Positions 36,966 to 46,968 of a stretch of 64,000 nt of DNA are shown piece by piece. Position 1 is the first letter of the stretch, and every line of letters starts with the position of its first letter. The notes below the pieces were generated by a model that was given only the letters and a program-made list of their open reading frames with translations, ran no database searches and was not told the origin of the DNA. A program made the position numbers and the translations under genes. Origin of the DNA: Candidatus Omnitrophota bacterium (GTDB lineage Bacteria; Omnitrophota; Gorgyraeia; JABMRN01; RBG-13-46-9); the NCBI GenBank assembly GCA_016782495.1, contig JADHYL010000001.1, positions 34,360-98,359 on the forward strand, given 5' to 3'.

Positions 36966-38248
36966 TGAGAAGCAAGGTAAGATAATATGTCGAAGAATTG
37001 CGGAAAAGAAGTGTTAACGCAATCAATATCGTCTATGGTAGAGGTGCCATCGGATGCAAGCGCCGCGACATACATCGCCATCGCTGTCCTGTGATCACCG
37101 AAACTTTTAAGATCCGCCTTTTTGAATCTATGCTTTTTCCCACGGATAAATATTTTCTTTTTATCGGATCCTATGTCCACTCCCATTCTTTTTAAGTTTT
37201 CGGTCATGGACAACACCCTGTCGGTCTCTTTAAGGCGCAGCTCCGATATCCCTTCTATCACGCTTTTTCCTTCCGCCGAAGAGGCAATGACAGCCAGAAT
37301 CGGCACTTCATCTATTAGAAGTGGTATTTCATTTTCTTTTACAACCGTAGGTTTAAGTCTTGCGTGCTTTATGCGAATATCGCCGTACGGTTCGACCGCA
37401 TCTTTTTTATTCTTTATGCTTATGTCCGCGCCCATTCTCTTGAGGACATTTAAAAAACCCGTCCTTGTAGCATTAAGTCCGATATTCCTTATGGTTGCAT
37501 CCGAGCCTTCCAACAAGCAACAGGCAGCGATAAAAAAGGCGGCACTCGAAATATCTCCGGGGATAAAAATTTCTTTTCCGGATAGTTCGTGTTTTCCCTC
37601 GACCGATGCCGTAAGAGCGCTTCTTGAGATCTTTGCGCCGCAAAAATCAAGCATGCGCTCTGTGTGGTCTCTTGAGCGAAACGGCTCCGTTACGCTTGTA
37701 ACCCCGTCAGCGTAAAGCCCGGCAAAAAGTATAGAGGATTTTACCTGAGCGCTTGCGACTTTTGTAGAATATTTTACGGGCCTTACCCCACTGCCTTTTA
37801 TCACAAGCGGAGGAAAGCCGTCGTTATTTTTTGAATTTATATCCGCGCCCATTTTCTTAAGCGGTTCTATGATTCTCTCCATCGGCCGCTTTGAAAGCGA
37901 CTCGTCCCCCGTAAGGGTTACATTGAAATCCTGTCCCGCCAGTATTCCGGGCAGGATCCGCATCGTCGTGCCGGAGTTACCGAGATATAATTCCGTATCT
38001 GGTTTTCGCAAACCATTCAATCCTTTTCCTGTAATCGCGATATTTTTCCCTTTTAACTCGATATCGGTCCCCATGCTGCGAAACGCTGAAACAGTGCGCA
38101 TGCAGTCTTCCGCATTCAGAAAATTTTTCCCGGTTGTTTTTCCCTTTGAAACACCCCCGATGAAAACTACTCTATGGGATATGGACTTATCGCCTGGCAG
38201 GTCGATTTCACCACGCAGGCGTTCTATTGGCTTAATAACTTTATTCAT
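36962..38248 (-). CDS. aroA: 3-phosphoshikimate 1-carboxyvinyltransferase (EPSP synthase).
   Basis: LPGDKSISHRVVFIGG...; 428 aa. Confidence 0.9.
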   Translation of the reverse strand: MNKVIKPIERLRGEIDLPGDKSISHRVVFIGGVSKGKTTGKNFLNAEDCMRTVSAFRSMGTDIELKGKNIAITGKGLNGLRKPDTELYLGNSGTTMRILPGILAGQDFNVTLTGDESLSKRPMERIIEPLKKMGADINSKNNDGFPPLVIKGSGVRPVKYSTKVASAQVKSSILFAGLYADGVTSVTEPFRSRDHTERMLDFCGAKISRSALTASVEGKHELSGKEIFIPGDISSAAFFIAACCLLEGSDATIRNIGLNATRTGFLNVLKRMGADISIKNKKDAVEPYGDIRIKHARLKPTVVKENEIPLLIDEVPILAVIASSAEGKSVIEGISELRLKETDRVLSMTENLKRMGVDIGSDKKKIFIRGKKHRFKKADLKSFGDHRTAMAMYVAALASDGTSTIDDIDCVNTSFPQFFDILSYLASQ

Positions 38249-38304
38249 TTTAGCATAAAAAATTAGATATCAAAAATTAAAAACACAAACCAAAAATATA
38301 AAAA

Positions 38305-38332
38305 TATTTTACCCTTTGAATATATGCTTTCA
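38305..38332 (-). promoter_or_regulatory. Candidate promoter for aroA. Minus strand reads TTGAAA, a 16-nt spacer, then TAAAAT.
   Basis: A/T-rich tract upstream of aroA, with GC-rich hairpins on its 5' side. Confidence 0.3.
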
Positions 38333-38357
38333 ACTTTTGATATTTTCCGCCCGAGGC

Positions 38358-38394
38358 GCCTGCCTGCCGGTCAGGCAGGGATCCGCCTTTGGCG
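38358..38394 (-). terminator. Two GC-rich stem-loops downstream of rluD: CCTGCCT/AGGCAGG and CCGCC/GGCGG. Followed by AAAATATCAAAAG on the minus strand.
   Basis: Seen directly. An isolated GC-rich island in an A/T-rich intergenic region, and a likely transcription stop after rluD. Confidence 0.35.
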
Positions 38395-38412
38395 GAGACA
38401 TTTAATATTATA

Positions 38413-39324
38413 TCAGATTTTTCCCCTATTAATCAACCCCTGCATATCTTCGGGTAGTTCGCTCGTAAACTCCATGAAATCTTTTTTTGTTGGGTGAAAA
38501 AATCCGAGGGTCTTCGCGTGTAAAGCCTGCCTAGAAAGCCCTTTTGGAGAACCGTACATCTTATCTCCTATGAGTGCGTGTCCAATATGGGATAGGTGGA
38601 CCCTTATCTGGTGCGTTCTTCCGGTCTGGAGAGAAAGTTCCAGCACTGTAAAATCCCCAAACCTTTTTAAAACCTTATAAGTCGTAATGGCATTCTTTTT
38701 CTTTTCGTCAACGAAGGAGACACCCATTTTTGTTATGTCCTTTTTGCGCCGTGCGATGGGTAGTTCTATTCTTCCGTTATCGTGCTCTACGATTCCTTTT
38801 ACTAAAGCAACGTATTTTCTTTTTACGGAGCGGTTTCTGAATTGATTTGAGAGATTTATGTGCGCGAGGTCGTTCTTTGCTGCAACCAAAAGGCCCGAAG
38901 TATCCTTGTCCAGGCGGTGGACGATTCCGGGCCTCAACACGCCCCCTATGCCGGAAAGATCCTTGCAGTGGTAAAGAAGTCCGTTAACCAGGGTCCCCGT
39001 AAGATACGCGCCTGTGGGGTGCATGGAAATCCCGGGGGACTTATTAATTACGACAACATCTTCATCTTCATAGGCAATATCAAGGGGAATGTTCTCGGGT
39101 TTAAGTTCAAGTGGTTTTGCCTCCGGTATTACTATTTTTATCTTTTCGCCCTCGGAAACCTTGTAATGCGCATTCTGGCTTTCGCCGTTAACAAAAACAT
39201 TGTTTCCGTCTATCAGTTTTTTTATAAAAGACCGCGAAAATTTTTTCTCTAGCGCTTCGACTAAAAATTTATCGAGGCGCTTGCTGTCCTCTTTTTTTTC
39301 AACCGTGCGTTCCAGTTCTTCCAT
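38413..39324 (-). CDS. rluD: 23S rRNA pseudouridine synthase of the RluA family, with an S4 domain.
   Basis: HRLDKDTSGLLVAAKN catalytic motif. 303 aa. Confidence 0.85.
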   Translation of the reverse strand: MEELERTVEKKEDSKRLDKFLVEALEKKFSRSFIKKLIDGNNVFVNGESQNAHYKVSEGEKIKIVIPEAKPLELKPENIPLDIAYEDEDVVVINKSPGISMHPTGAYLTGTLVNGLLYHCKDLSGIGGVLRPGIVHRLDKDTSGLLVAAKNDLAHINLSNQFRNRSVKRKYVALVKGIVEHDNGRIELPIARRKKDITKMGVSFVDEKKKNAITTYKVLKRFGDFTVLELSLQTGRTHQIRVHLSHIGHALIGDKMYGSPKGLSRQALHAKTLGFFHPTKKDFMEFTSELPEDMQGLINRGKI

Positions 39325-39327
39325 CTT

Positions 39328-40086
39328 TTACTTTCTTGCCCTCAAGCGAGGCCGAAGGGTGATTTTTAACATTAAAGGAAAAAGCACGATAAGAAATATG
39401 ATTATACTTATGATCTGTGATATCGTAAGCCCAAGAGCATATGTCGGGTTGTCACCCCGGAGAAAATCTATAAAGAATCTCTGCGTAGTGTATAACGCGA
39501 GGTAGAGAAAAAATATGCATCCGGCGAAGTGCGGTTTTTGTTGGATAATCCTGAGAATCACAAAAACGCCAAGAAGTGCAACAGACGCATAAATTTGGGT
39601 CGGATACCTGAATATAGTATCGCCTGGAAAGATTACGCCCAAAAACGGAAGTGCTGCAGGTCTTCCAAAACAACACCCGTTAAGAAAGCATCCGATTCTT
39701 CCTATGGATTGCCCGAGCACTATGTACGGAATGATGAAATCAGCTGTTTCCCAGAACGGCATTCCCTTCTTTATTGCGAAAACCCACCCTGCCACAACAG
39801 CAGAAATAATGCCGCCGTATATGGCAAGTCCGCCGCCCCAAAGCAAAAATATGGAAAACACCTCTTTTGTATAAAAGTCGAGATTTACCAAAACGTGCAG
39901 AAGTCTGGCACCGATTATTCCGAATACCACGATGATAAGTTCCATGTCGAGCATCTTGTCCGCATAGAAGTTTTTTCTTCTGGCTTCTTTGTGCAAGAGA
40001 TAAAACGCTACGACGACCGCAAGCGCAACGAAGAAACCGTAGCTACGTATTTCAACGGAGCCGATTCTGAACAAAATAGGATGCAT
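39328..40086 (-). CDS. lgt: Prolipoprotein diacylglyceryl transferase.
   Basis: MHPILFRIGSVEIRSYGFFVALAVVVAF; 252 aa, polytopic. Confidence 0.88.
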   Translation of the reverse strand: MHPILFRIGSVEIRSYGFFVALAVVVAFYLLHKEARRKNFYADKMLDMELIIVVFGIIGARLLHVLVNLDFYTKEVFSIFLLWGGGLAIYGGIISAVVAGWVFAIKKGMPFWETADFIIPYIVLGQSIGRIGCFLNGCCFGRPAALPFLGVIFPGDTIFRYPTQIYASVALLGVFVILRIIQQKPHFAGCIFFLYLALYTTQRFFIDFLRGDNPTYALGLTISQIISIIIFLIVLFPLMLKITLRPRLRARK

Positions 40087-40095
40087 TATTCGGTA

Positions 40096-40539
40096 TTATT
40101 CCTGCTTTTTAAGCAATGAACTTAAGATCAGCAAAAATGCGCCGATGGTTATCGCCGAATCTGCCGTATTAAACACCGGCCATATCCTGAAATCCAAAAA
40201 ATCAATCACATAACCGAAGCGCAATCTATCTACCAGGTTGCCGAGCGCTCCTCCTAATATAAGCGCAAGGGCAGCATCCAAGAGAAGCGTTCTTTTTGTT
40301 TTCTTCCTTACATAGATAACGATGGTGGCGACTGCGAGGATCGAAACGACAATAAAGAAAAGTGTCTGGTTCTTGAAAATACCGAACGCGGCACCGGTGT
40401 TGTGAACGAGGGCGAGATAAAAAATGCCTTTTATTATTTCCAGGGATGTGTGAGGATCGAAATATCGCGAAATGAAAAATTTTGTGAGCTGGTCCAAGAA
40501 GAAAACAAGAATGGCTAAAAACCAAATAAAATTACTCAT
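40096..40539 (-). CDS. lspA: Lipoprotein signal peptidase II.
   Basis: LDQLTK...NTGAAFG...NLVDRL motifs. 147 aa. Confidence 0.88.
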   Translation of the reverse strand: MSNFIWFLAILVFFLDQLTKFFISRYFDPHTSLEIIKGIFYLALVHNTGAAFGIFKNQTLFFIVVSILAVATIVIYVRKKTKRTLLLDAALALILGGALGNLVDRLRFGYVIDFLDFRIWPVFNTADSAITIGAFLLILSSLLKKQE

Positions 40540-40931
40540 CTACCGCTTTTTTCTTCTTTTTCCTGGCAGCCACGGCAATAAGGCGTATGCGGTATGGCTT
40601 TCAAGCGTGTTTTGCCTATTTTCTTTTTGCAGCTCATGCAAAAACCGTATTCCCCGTCTTCCATACGTCTTAGGGCCTCGTCTATTTTCATGAAAAGTTT
40701 CCTTTCGCCCGAAGCAAGCTGCAACAAAAGATCCGTCTCGTAAACGTCACTGGCCATATCCGCCATGTGATAGGCGTATCCGGAGAGATCCCCGGAGGCC
40801 TCTCGCTGAGTCTTCTTCAGCGTTTCGTTTGTCAGGTGGTTTATACCTTCCAGTAGATTTATCTTTTTCTTTATTAAAAGGTCTCTGTAAGATTTTAGTT
40901 CCTTTTTGTTGAGTTTTTTCTTCTTCGGCAT
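40536..40931 (-). CDS. DksA/TraR-family C4 zinc-finger protein. The start is at the MPKKKK ATG, which has a perfect AAGGAGG ribosome-binding site.
   Basis: Coiled-coil followed by CMSC-x17-CRGC. Located between ileS and lspA, as in many genomes. Confidence 0.7.
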   Translation of the reverse strand: MPKKKKLNKKELKSYRDLLIKKKINLLEGINHLTNETLKKTQREASGDLSGYAYHMADMASDVYETDLLLQLASGERKLFMKIDEALRRMEDGEYGFCMSCKKKIGKTRLKAIPHTPYCRGCQEKEEKSGR

Positions 40932-40945
40932 TTTATATTCCTCCT

Positions 40946-43780
40946 TTATGTTTTTGCATTGCCAATGACGCCTGCGCATCGTGAGCAAATGTCCCGAAAA
41001 TCTTTATTGCTACCAACCGTCCCGCTGTAGTTCCAGCACCTCTGGCACTTCATGCCGTCGGCCGTTTCGACCGATACCCATAAAGGCAAATTTTCACTCT
41101 TGGCCAAATTTTTATTCATGCTATCCGATATCTCGACCTGTGAGCTTATTAAAAATGCCGGCAGGGTTTTCGCATTCTCTTTTAAAAATGCTTTAAGGTC
41201 ATTCTTGTCGCTATATAAGATGACCTTTGCGTCTAAAGAGCTGCCGATCTCGTTTGAGATTCTTTTTGCCTCCAAAGCCTTTAAAACTTCTTCGCGGACC
41301 CCAAGAAGGCGTGACCACTTTTCGTCGAGTGTTTTGTCTTTCCACTTTTTTAATGCCTTATCCTTCCAGTGCCACGAGCTTAAATGAATCGATTTTTCTT
41401 TGGACTTAAGCGCCTGCCAGGCCTCTTCTGTAGTAAAAGACAGAATCGGCGCAAGTATTTTTAAGAGCGCGATCAAAATCTCATGCAAAACCGTCTGACA
41501 CGAACGTCGTTCCGGCGAACCCTTCCCAAAAGTATACAGTCTGTCCTTTAAAATGTCCAGATAGAGGCTTGAAATTTCATAAACACAGAAATTATATGCC
41601 GAGCGGAATATTTTGTAGAAGGTGTAGTCGCGATAATTCTCATCCGCTTCCTCGATGAGCCGCGCAAGCCTGGAAAGCATCCAGCGGTCTATCTCCACCA
41701 TGTTTTCGATTTTTACACAATCTTTTTCGGGATTAAAGTCGTAGGTGTTGCCAAGAAGATACCTGAAGGTGTTTCGGATTTTTCTATAAGCGTCGGCTAA
41801 TCTCTCGAGGATCTCTTCCGAAAGCCTTACGTCATCGTGGTAGTTGCTGGAGGCAACCCAGAGTCTCAAAATGTCTGCACCGTATTTTTTCATTATATCC
41901 TGCGGGGAGATAACGTTGCCGAGACTTTTTGACATCTTCTTCCCTCCTCCGTCAACGACAAAGCCGTGGGTAAAAACACTTTTGTATGGAGCCTCGTCTT
42001 CTATGGCTCGAGAAATTATTAACGATGACTGGAACCAACCGCGATGTTGATCAGAACCTTCTAAATAAAGTTCGCACGGAAAATCAAGCTTATTCTTTTC
42101 TTTTAAAACAGACTTATAGCTTGTGCCCGATTCGAACCATACGTCAATTATATCTTTTTCTTTACGAAGATCCTTGGAGCCACATTTTTTGCATACCATT
42201 CCTTTCGGCAACAGGTCTTTTTCATTTTTAACAAACCATGCGTCACAACCTTCCTTGTCGATGATTTTGGCAATGTGCTCTATCGTTTTATAATCCAAGA
42301 TGGTTTCTTTGCACTTTGTGCATTTGAAAGCGATGATTGGTACCCCCCAATATCTCTGCCGCGAAAGGCACCAGTCAGGTCTATTTTCTACCATAGCGGA
42401 TATACGACTTTTTCCTGCTGGGGGATACCATTTAACCTCTTTGTTGACAGAATCAAGCATTCTTTTTCGTAAGTTTTTGTGGTCTATGCTAACGAAATAT
42501 TGTTCTGTTGCTCGAAAGATTATTGGTTTTTTACATCTCCAACAGTGTGGATACGAATGTTCCATCTGTTCGGATAACAATAACGCTTTTTCCTTTTTGA
42601 GTCGCTCTATGATTTTCGGGTTTGCCTTATACATGTTTAAACCGCTAAATTCTCCACATGAATCGTCAAAAACGCCTTTTGAATTTACCGGCATTATCAT
42701 GGGCAGGTTATATTTTTTACCCGTAAGGTAGTCTTCCTGGCCATGGCCGGGCGCGGTGTGCACACAGCCGGTTCCTTCTTCAGACGATACATAATCTGCA
42801 AGCACAACTTTTGATTCTCGCTCGATAAACGGGTGTTTAGTGCAAAAATTTTCAAGTTTTCTGCCTTTTGTTATATGTAAAATTTTATATTTTTTTCCTA
42901 ACTTTTTCATTGTCACATCAACTAGTGACTCCAGCATTATCCGCAATTCGCCATCAACTTCACATGTAACATAGCTTAAATCGGGATGAACAGCTATGGC
43001 AACATTTCCTAAAAGCGTCCACGGTGTCGTTGTCCAAATAATAAAATATGCATTATCTAATTGCTGCGGAGATAAAGGAAAAAATATGGCGTTCAGAGTA
43101 TCTTGGCTTCCATGTTTTGGCTTTTCTTTCTTTAGTAGTTTGAATTTAACATAAATCGAAGGTGAGGTACGATTTTCGTATTCTACCTCCGCTTCCGCAA
43201 GCGCAGTTTCGCAAGCAGTGCACCAGTTTACCGGCTTTAAATCTTTATAAACATAACCTTCTTTTACCAGTTTACCAAATGCGCGAACGCAAGAGGCTTC
43301 GTATCTGGGACTTAATGTAAGGTAGGGATTATCCCAATCGCCAAAAATACCGAGGCGTTCAAATTCTTCCCTTTGCGTTTTCACAAACTTAAGCGCATAG
43401 TCTTTGGCCTTTTTGCGGAATTTCACCTGATCGATATCATATTTCGAGATGCCGAGCTCTTTGAAAAGCTGGTGTTCCACCGGAAGTCCGTGGCAGTCCC
43501 AGCCCGGCACAAAAGGCGAATCATACCCTTTCATCGTATAAAATTTTACAACGATGTCTTTTAAGATCTTGTTGAGAACGTGACCCATATGAATATGGCC
43601 GTTGGCGTATGGAGGGCCGTCGTGGAGAATGAATTTCTCTTTGCCTTCTCGCACCTTTCTTATGGCACTATAGATTTTTTCCTTATCCCAAAATTTTAGC
43701 ATGGGAGGCTCTTTCTGGAGCAAATTTGCCTTCATGCCAAATTCGGTCTTTGGTAAGTTTAACGTGTTTTTATAGTTCAT
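40946..43780 (-). CDS. ileS: Isoleucyl-tRNA synthetase, type 1, with a C-terminal zinc-binding region.
   Basis: HMGH and KMSKS motifs. C-terminal CxxC...CxxC. 944 aa. Confidence 0.95.
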   Translation of the reverse strand: MNYKNTLNLPKTEFGMKANLLQKEPPMLKFWDKEKIYSAIRKVREGKEKFILHDGPPYANGHIHMGHVLNKILKDIVVKFYTMKGYDSPFVPGWDCHGLPVEHQLFKELGISKYDIDQVKFRKKAKDYALKFVKTQREEFERLGIFGDWDNPYLTLSPRYEASCVRAFGKLVKEGYVYKDLKPVNWCTACETALAEAEVEYENRTSPSIYVKFKLLKKEKPKHGSQDTLNAIFFPLSPQQLDNAYFIIWTTTPWTLLGNVAIAVHPDLSYVTCEVDGELRIMLESLVDVTMKKLGKKYKILHITKGRKLENFCTKHPFIERESKVVLADYVSSEEGTGCVHTAPGHGQEDYLTGKKYNLPMIMPVNSKGVFDDSCGEFSGLNMYKANPKIIERLKKEKALLLSEQMEHSYPHCWRCKKPIIFRATEQYFVSIDHKNLRKRMLDSVNKEVKWYPPAGKSRISAMVENRPDWCLSRQRYWGVPIIAFKCTKCKETILDYKTIEHIAKIIDKEGCDAWFVKNEKDLLPKGMVCKKCGSKDLRKEKDIIDVWFESGTSYKSVLKEKNKLDFPCELYLEGSDQHRGWFQSSLIISRAIEDEAPYKSVFTHGFVVDGGGKKMSKSLGNVISPQDIMKKYGADILRLWVASSNYHDDVRLSEEILERLADAYRKIRNTFRYLLGNTYDFNPEKDCVKIENMVEIDRWMLSRLARLIEEADENYRDYTFYKIFRSAYNFCVYEISSLYLDILKDRLYTFGKGSPERRSCQTVLHEILIALLKILAPILSFTTEEAWQALKSKEKSIHLSSWHWKDKALKKWKDKTLDEKWSRLLGVREEVLKALEAKRISNEIGSSLDAKVILYSDKNDLKAFLKENAKTLPAFLISSQVEISDSMNKNLAKSENLPLWVSVETADGMKCQRCWNYSGTVGSNKDFRDICSRCAGVIGNAKT

Positions 43781-43782
43781 CC

Positions 43783-44682
43783 TTAAAAGCGTGTAAGTGC
43801 CTTAAATTTTTTGATTCGTTTCGCAATATCCGCTTTGCCAATAGATGCCAGGCGGTTTAGACTGAAATCCTCGACCGCAAAGGTTGCCATCACGCTCCCG
43901 TATACAACCGCCTTTCGTAGGACCTCTTTGTTTACTGTCTTTTGGGTTGCCAGATACCCCATGAGGCCCCCCGCAAAGGTGTCTCCCGCTCCTGTGGGAT
44001 CAAAAATCGATTCCAGCAAATATGCGGGCGTGCTAAAAACAGAATTGCCCGAAAAAAGGAGACTCCCGTGCTCTCCCTTTTTTATGATAACGGTTCGGGG
44101 ACCGATCTTTAGTATCGCCTTCGCAGCCCTCGGGAGGCTTGCTTCTCCGGTAAGCTGTTTTGCCTCTGACTCGTTCAGTAAAAAAATATTGACTTTCTTA
44201 AGAAGCTTTATCAAATCCCTGCGCCTCTCTCTTATCCAGTAATTCATGGTGTCAGACGCAACTAGTCTCGGATTTGCCATGCGGTTTAAAACTTTTATCT
44301 GGAGCTTCGGGTCAATATTTGCAAGAAACACATATTTGCTATTCCTATATTCTTGCGGAATATACGGATTAAATTCCGAAAGCACGTTTAAGTGAGTAGC
44401 GATTGTTTTCGGATCGCCGAAATCCCAGCCGTATTCCCCCTCCCACCTGAAGGTCTTCCCTTTTTTGACTGACAGGCCTTTTAAGTCTATACCTTTTCGC
44501 TTGAAAAAATTTATATGCTTTGCAGGGAAATCGTTCCCGACTACGGCAACCAAATTCACGGGACTAAAAAAACTTGCGCTCACGGAAAAATAGGTCGCTG
44601 ACCCGCCCAGTATCTCTTTTCGCTTTCCGAAAGGGGTTTTTACCGTGTCAAGCGCTACGGAGCCGACAACCAGTATGCTCAT
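43783..44682 (-). CDS. PfkB-family (ribokinase-like) carbohydrate or nucleoside kinase.
   Basis: DPTGAGDTFAGG C-terminal motif. 299 aa. Adjacent to mtnP. Confidence 0.75.
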   Translation of the reverse strand: MSILVVGSVALDTVKTPFGKRKEILGGSATYFSVSASFFSPVNLVAVVGNDFPAKHINFFKRKGIDLKGLSVKKGKTFRWEGEYGWDFGDPKTIATHLNVLSEFNPYIPQEYRNSKYVFLANIDPKLQIKVLNRMANPRLVASDTMNYWIRERRRDLIKLLKKVNIFLLNESEAKQLTGEASLPRAAKAILKIGPRTVIIKKGEHGSLLFSGNSVFSTPAYLLESIFDPTGAGDTFAGGLMGYLATQKTVNKEVLRKAVVYGSVMATFAVEDFSLNRLASIGKADIAKRIKKFKALTRF

Positions 44683-45539
44683 TTTACATATTTCCCGATT
44701 AGGATATCCAATTTCTTCTTTACATCGCGCGGAATGACTTTGTGGTCCGTCAAGATCGCGTGTTTAAGGGCGTCCTTGCAAGCGCAGCTTCGCCTCTCAT
44801 CGATACGCGTTATGGCATCTTTTAATATACTTTTTGCGTTCTCGACGTTTCTCGTAAGATTCTCCAAAATCCCCTCGACGCTTACAGTTTCTTCGGTCTG
44901 GTGCCAGCAGTCGTAATCGGTAACAGCCGCTAGCGTGGCGTAACAGATCTCGGCTTCCCGTGCCAGGCGCGCTTCGGTCATGTTCGTCATGCCGATTATA
45001 TCCATGCCCCAACTTCTGTAAAGATTCGATTCCGATAACGTTGAAAATTGCGGCCCTTCCATATTAATGTAGGTTCCGCCAAAATGGACATCCAGTTTTT
45101 TCTCTTTTACTACGTTGTATAAAAGATTTGCCAGATTCTCGCATACAGGGTGGGCAAATCCTATGTGGGCCACTATGCCGCTGTCAAAAAACGTATATTT
45201 ACGGGCCTGGGTGGTTCTGTCCACAAATTGTAACGGAATAACAAAATCCAATGGTTTTATTTCTTCTTTCAGGGAACCACATGCCGAAACAGAGATAAGC
45301 CATTCCACGTCTAATTTCTTCATCCCGTAAATATTGGCCCTGTAGTTTATGTGGGTCGGGCTTATGCGGTGCGCCTTGTCGTGACGGGGCAGGAAAACGA
45401 CTTCTTTTCCGTCTAAGGTGCCTATAACATATTCGCTAGAAGGGTCTCCGAAGGGGGTATTTATCTTCCGGGTTTCTTTTACCTTCAAGCCCTCGATGTG
45501 GTAAAGGCCGCTTCCGCCGACAACTCCGATTCTACCCAT
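44679..45539 (-). CDS. mtnP: S-methyl-5'-thioadenosine phosphorylase (PNP/MTAP family).
   Basis: GRIGVVGGSGLY, the MTAP-type phosphate-binding and purine-binding segments, and a C-terminal Cys-rich tail. 286 aa. Confidence 0.8.
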   Translation of the reverse strand: MGRIGVVGGSGLYHIEGLKVKETRKINTPFGDPSSEYVIGTLDGKEVVFLPRHDKAHRISPTHINYRANIYGMKKLDVEWLISVSACGSLKEEIKPLDFVIPLQFVDRTTQARKYTFFDSGIVAHIGFAHPVCENLANLLYNVVKEKKLDVHFGGTYINMEGPQFSTLSESNLYRSWGMDIIGMTNMTEARLAREAEICYATLAAVTDYDCWHQTEETVSVEGILENLTRNVENAKSILKDAITRIDERRSCACKDALKHAILTDHKVIPRDVKKKLDILIGKYVK

Positions 45540-45550
45540 TTATTTCTCCT

Positions 45551-45772
45551 TTATTGTACAATCTCCACAACCTTACTTTTTGACCTTAAACCACTTAATA
45601 TCCTGACTCTGTTCTTTTTTGTTCCAAAGTATTCGGCAAGCATCTCCGTGAGCTTTTGATTTGCCCTGCTTTCGATTGCCGGTTGGTGCATATAAATTTT
45701 ATAAGAATTCCCGCCTAATTTTACTATCTCTTCTTTTGACGCCCTTGGCTGAACTCTAAGGTGTATCTTCAT
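45551..45772 (-). CDS. yggU: YggU/DUF167 family protein. Start at MKIHLRV, forming an ATGA overlap with the yggT stop.
   Basis: KIHLRVQPRASKEEIV...YKIYM..PAIE..AN. Confidence 0.65.
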   Translation of the reverse strand: MKIHLRVQPRASKEEIVKLGGNSYKIYMHQPAIESRANQKLTEMLAEYFGTKKNRVRILSGLRSKSKVVEIVQ

Positions 45773-46071
45773 TAGTGCATTAACCGCATGGCGTAGTGGC
45801 TCAGAACTCCGACGACAAAACTTCTTAAAAACCACAGAACCATGAAAGCCAAAATCGGCGAGAAATCTATGGGACCTGCTTGCAGTGGAAGCCTGCGAAA
45901 TGGCGCGAGGATCGGTTCTGTTATCCTGAACAGGATCTGGACGATTTCACTATAGGGATTAACACCGAACCAGGACAGGATAATCCTTATCACCAGCAAA
46001 AAATACAGGACGTTGAAAATCATGTTAAAGAGGTAGGCGAGGCTTGCGAGTAACTGTCCGAGTATATACAT
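45772..46071 (-). CDS. yggT: YggT/Ycf19 family membrane protein.
   Basis: 99 aa with two transmembrane helices, in the conserved yggS-proC-yggT context. Confidence 0.75.
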   Translation of the reverse strand: MYILGQLLASLAYLFNMIFNVLYFLLVIRIILSWFGVNPYSEIVQILFRITEPILAPFRRLPLQAGPIDFSPILAFMVLWFLRSFVVGVLSHYAMRLMH

Positions 46072-46090
46072 GTTTGGGCTCCTCCAATGA

Positions 46091-46127
46091 AAGGCACCCT
46101 TGACATCTTCAATGTCAAGGGTGCCTT
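46091..46127 (-). repeat. Perfect 16-bp hairpin: AAGGCACCCTTGACAT, loop CTTCA, then ATGTCAAGGGTGCCTT. It abuts the proC stop and is part of a repeated element also found at the ddl stop.
   Basis: Seen directly. It lies between the proC TAG and the yggT ribosome-binding site GGAGGAG. Confidence 0.8.
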
Positions 46128-46940
46128 CTATAAATTCCTCCCTCGAAGGGTCGAAAGCTCTCTTGACTTTTTTGCTGCGGCCGTCACAGCCCTCACCACA
46201 AGGCGCTTAAATTCTTTTGATTTCAGAATCTTTAATGCCGCCTCGGTAGTTCCCCTTTTCGACGTTATGCGCTTTCTTAAGACATCCGGCGTAAGTTTCA
46301 AACTATCCAGCAATGCTCCACTTCCAACTAAAGTCGCGGCTGCAAGCCTTGCGGCGGCCTCTTTCTTTATTCCGAACCTTACCGCAGCATCCTCAAGAAG
46401 CTCCGTTAAATAGAAATAATAAGCCGGACCGCTTCCTATAATCGCGGTTACGGCATCCATCTTTGTTTCATCAATCTCCATTACCTCGCCTATCGAAGAA
46501 AAGATCTTTTGCACGAACGCCTTGTTTTTTACTGCCTTGTTATGGGCAAGGCATGTTATGCTTTTTCCGGCCAGTGCCGCCATGTTCGGCATGGCGCGCG
46601 TTAAGGCGATTTTGCTGTTATTAATCATCGCGCCGATTTGTGAGAGCGTGACTCCGGCCATAATGGAAACCAAGTGCTTGGAATTATCAAGTTCCCCTTT
46701 GATTGAACCAAACAAACCCTTGGAATCCTGGGGCTTTACGACTATAATAATGAAGTTACACTTTTTTGCGATTTCGATATTTGTGCTCATGCGAGCGCCG
46801 AATTTTTTATAAAGCTCCCTCGTTTTATACGAATCCCTGTCGCTTATGTAAACGGTATTAAACGGCACGACTTTTTTTGACAGAATGCCGCTTGCAATGG
46901 CGCTACCCATATTTCCGCAACCGATTATCCCTATCCTCAT
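46128..46940 (-). CDS. proC: Pyrroline-5-carboxylate reductase.
   Basis: MRIGIIGCGNMGSAIASGIL Rossmann N-terminus. 270 aa. Confidence 0.9.
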   Translation of the reverse strand: MRIGIIGCGNMGSAIASGILSKKVVPFNTVYISDRDSYKTRELYKKFGARMSTNIEIAKKCNFIIIVVKPQDSKGLFGSIKGELDNSKHLVSIMAGVTLSQIGAMINNSKIALTRAMPNMAALAGKSITCLAHNKAVKNKAFVQKIFSSIGEVMEIDETKMDAVTAIIGSGPAYYFYLTELLEDAAVRFGIKKEAAARLAAATLVGSGALLDSLKLTPDVLRKRITSKRGTTEAALKILKSKEFKRLVVRAVTAAAKKSRELSTLRGRNL

Positions 46941-46968
46941 CTTTCTACCTACTCTTTACTTTTCCGCC

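Noticed and set aside
38341-38400. A GC-rich island downstream of rluD, considered as a riboswitch or tRNA fragment.
   Set aside because: It is too short, and its simple hairpins (CCTGCCT/AGGCAGG and CCGCC/GGCGG) are adequately explained as terminator structures.
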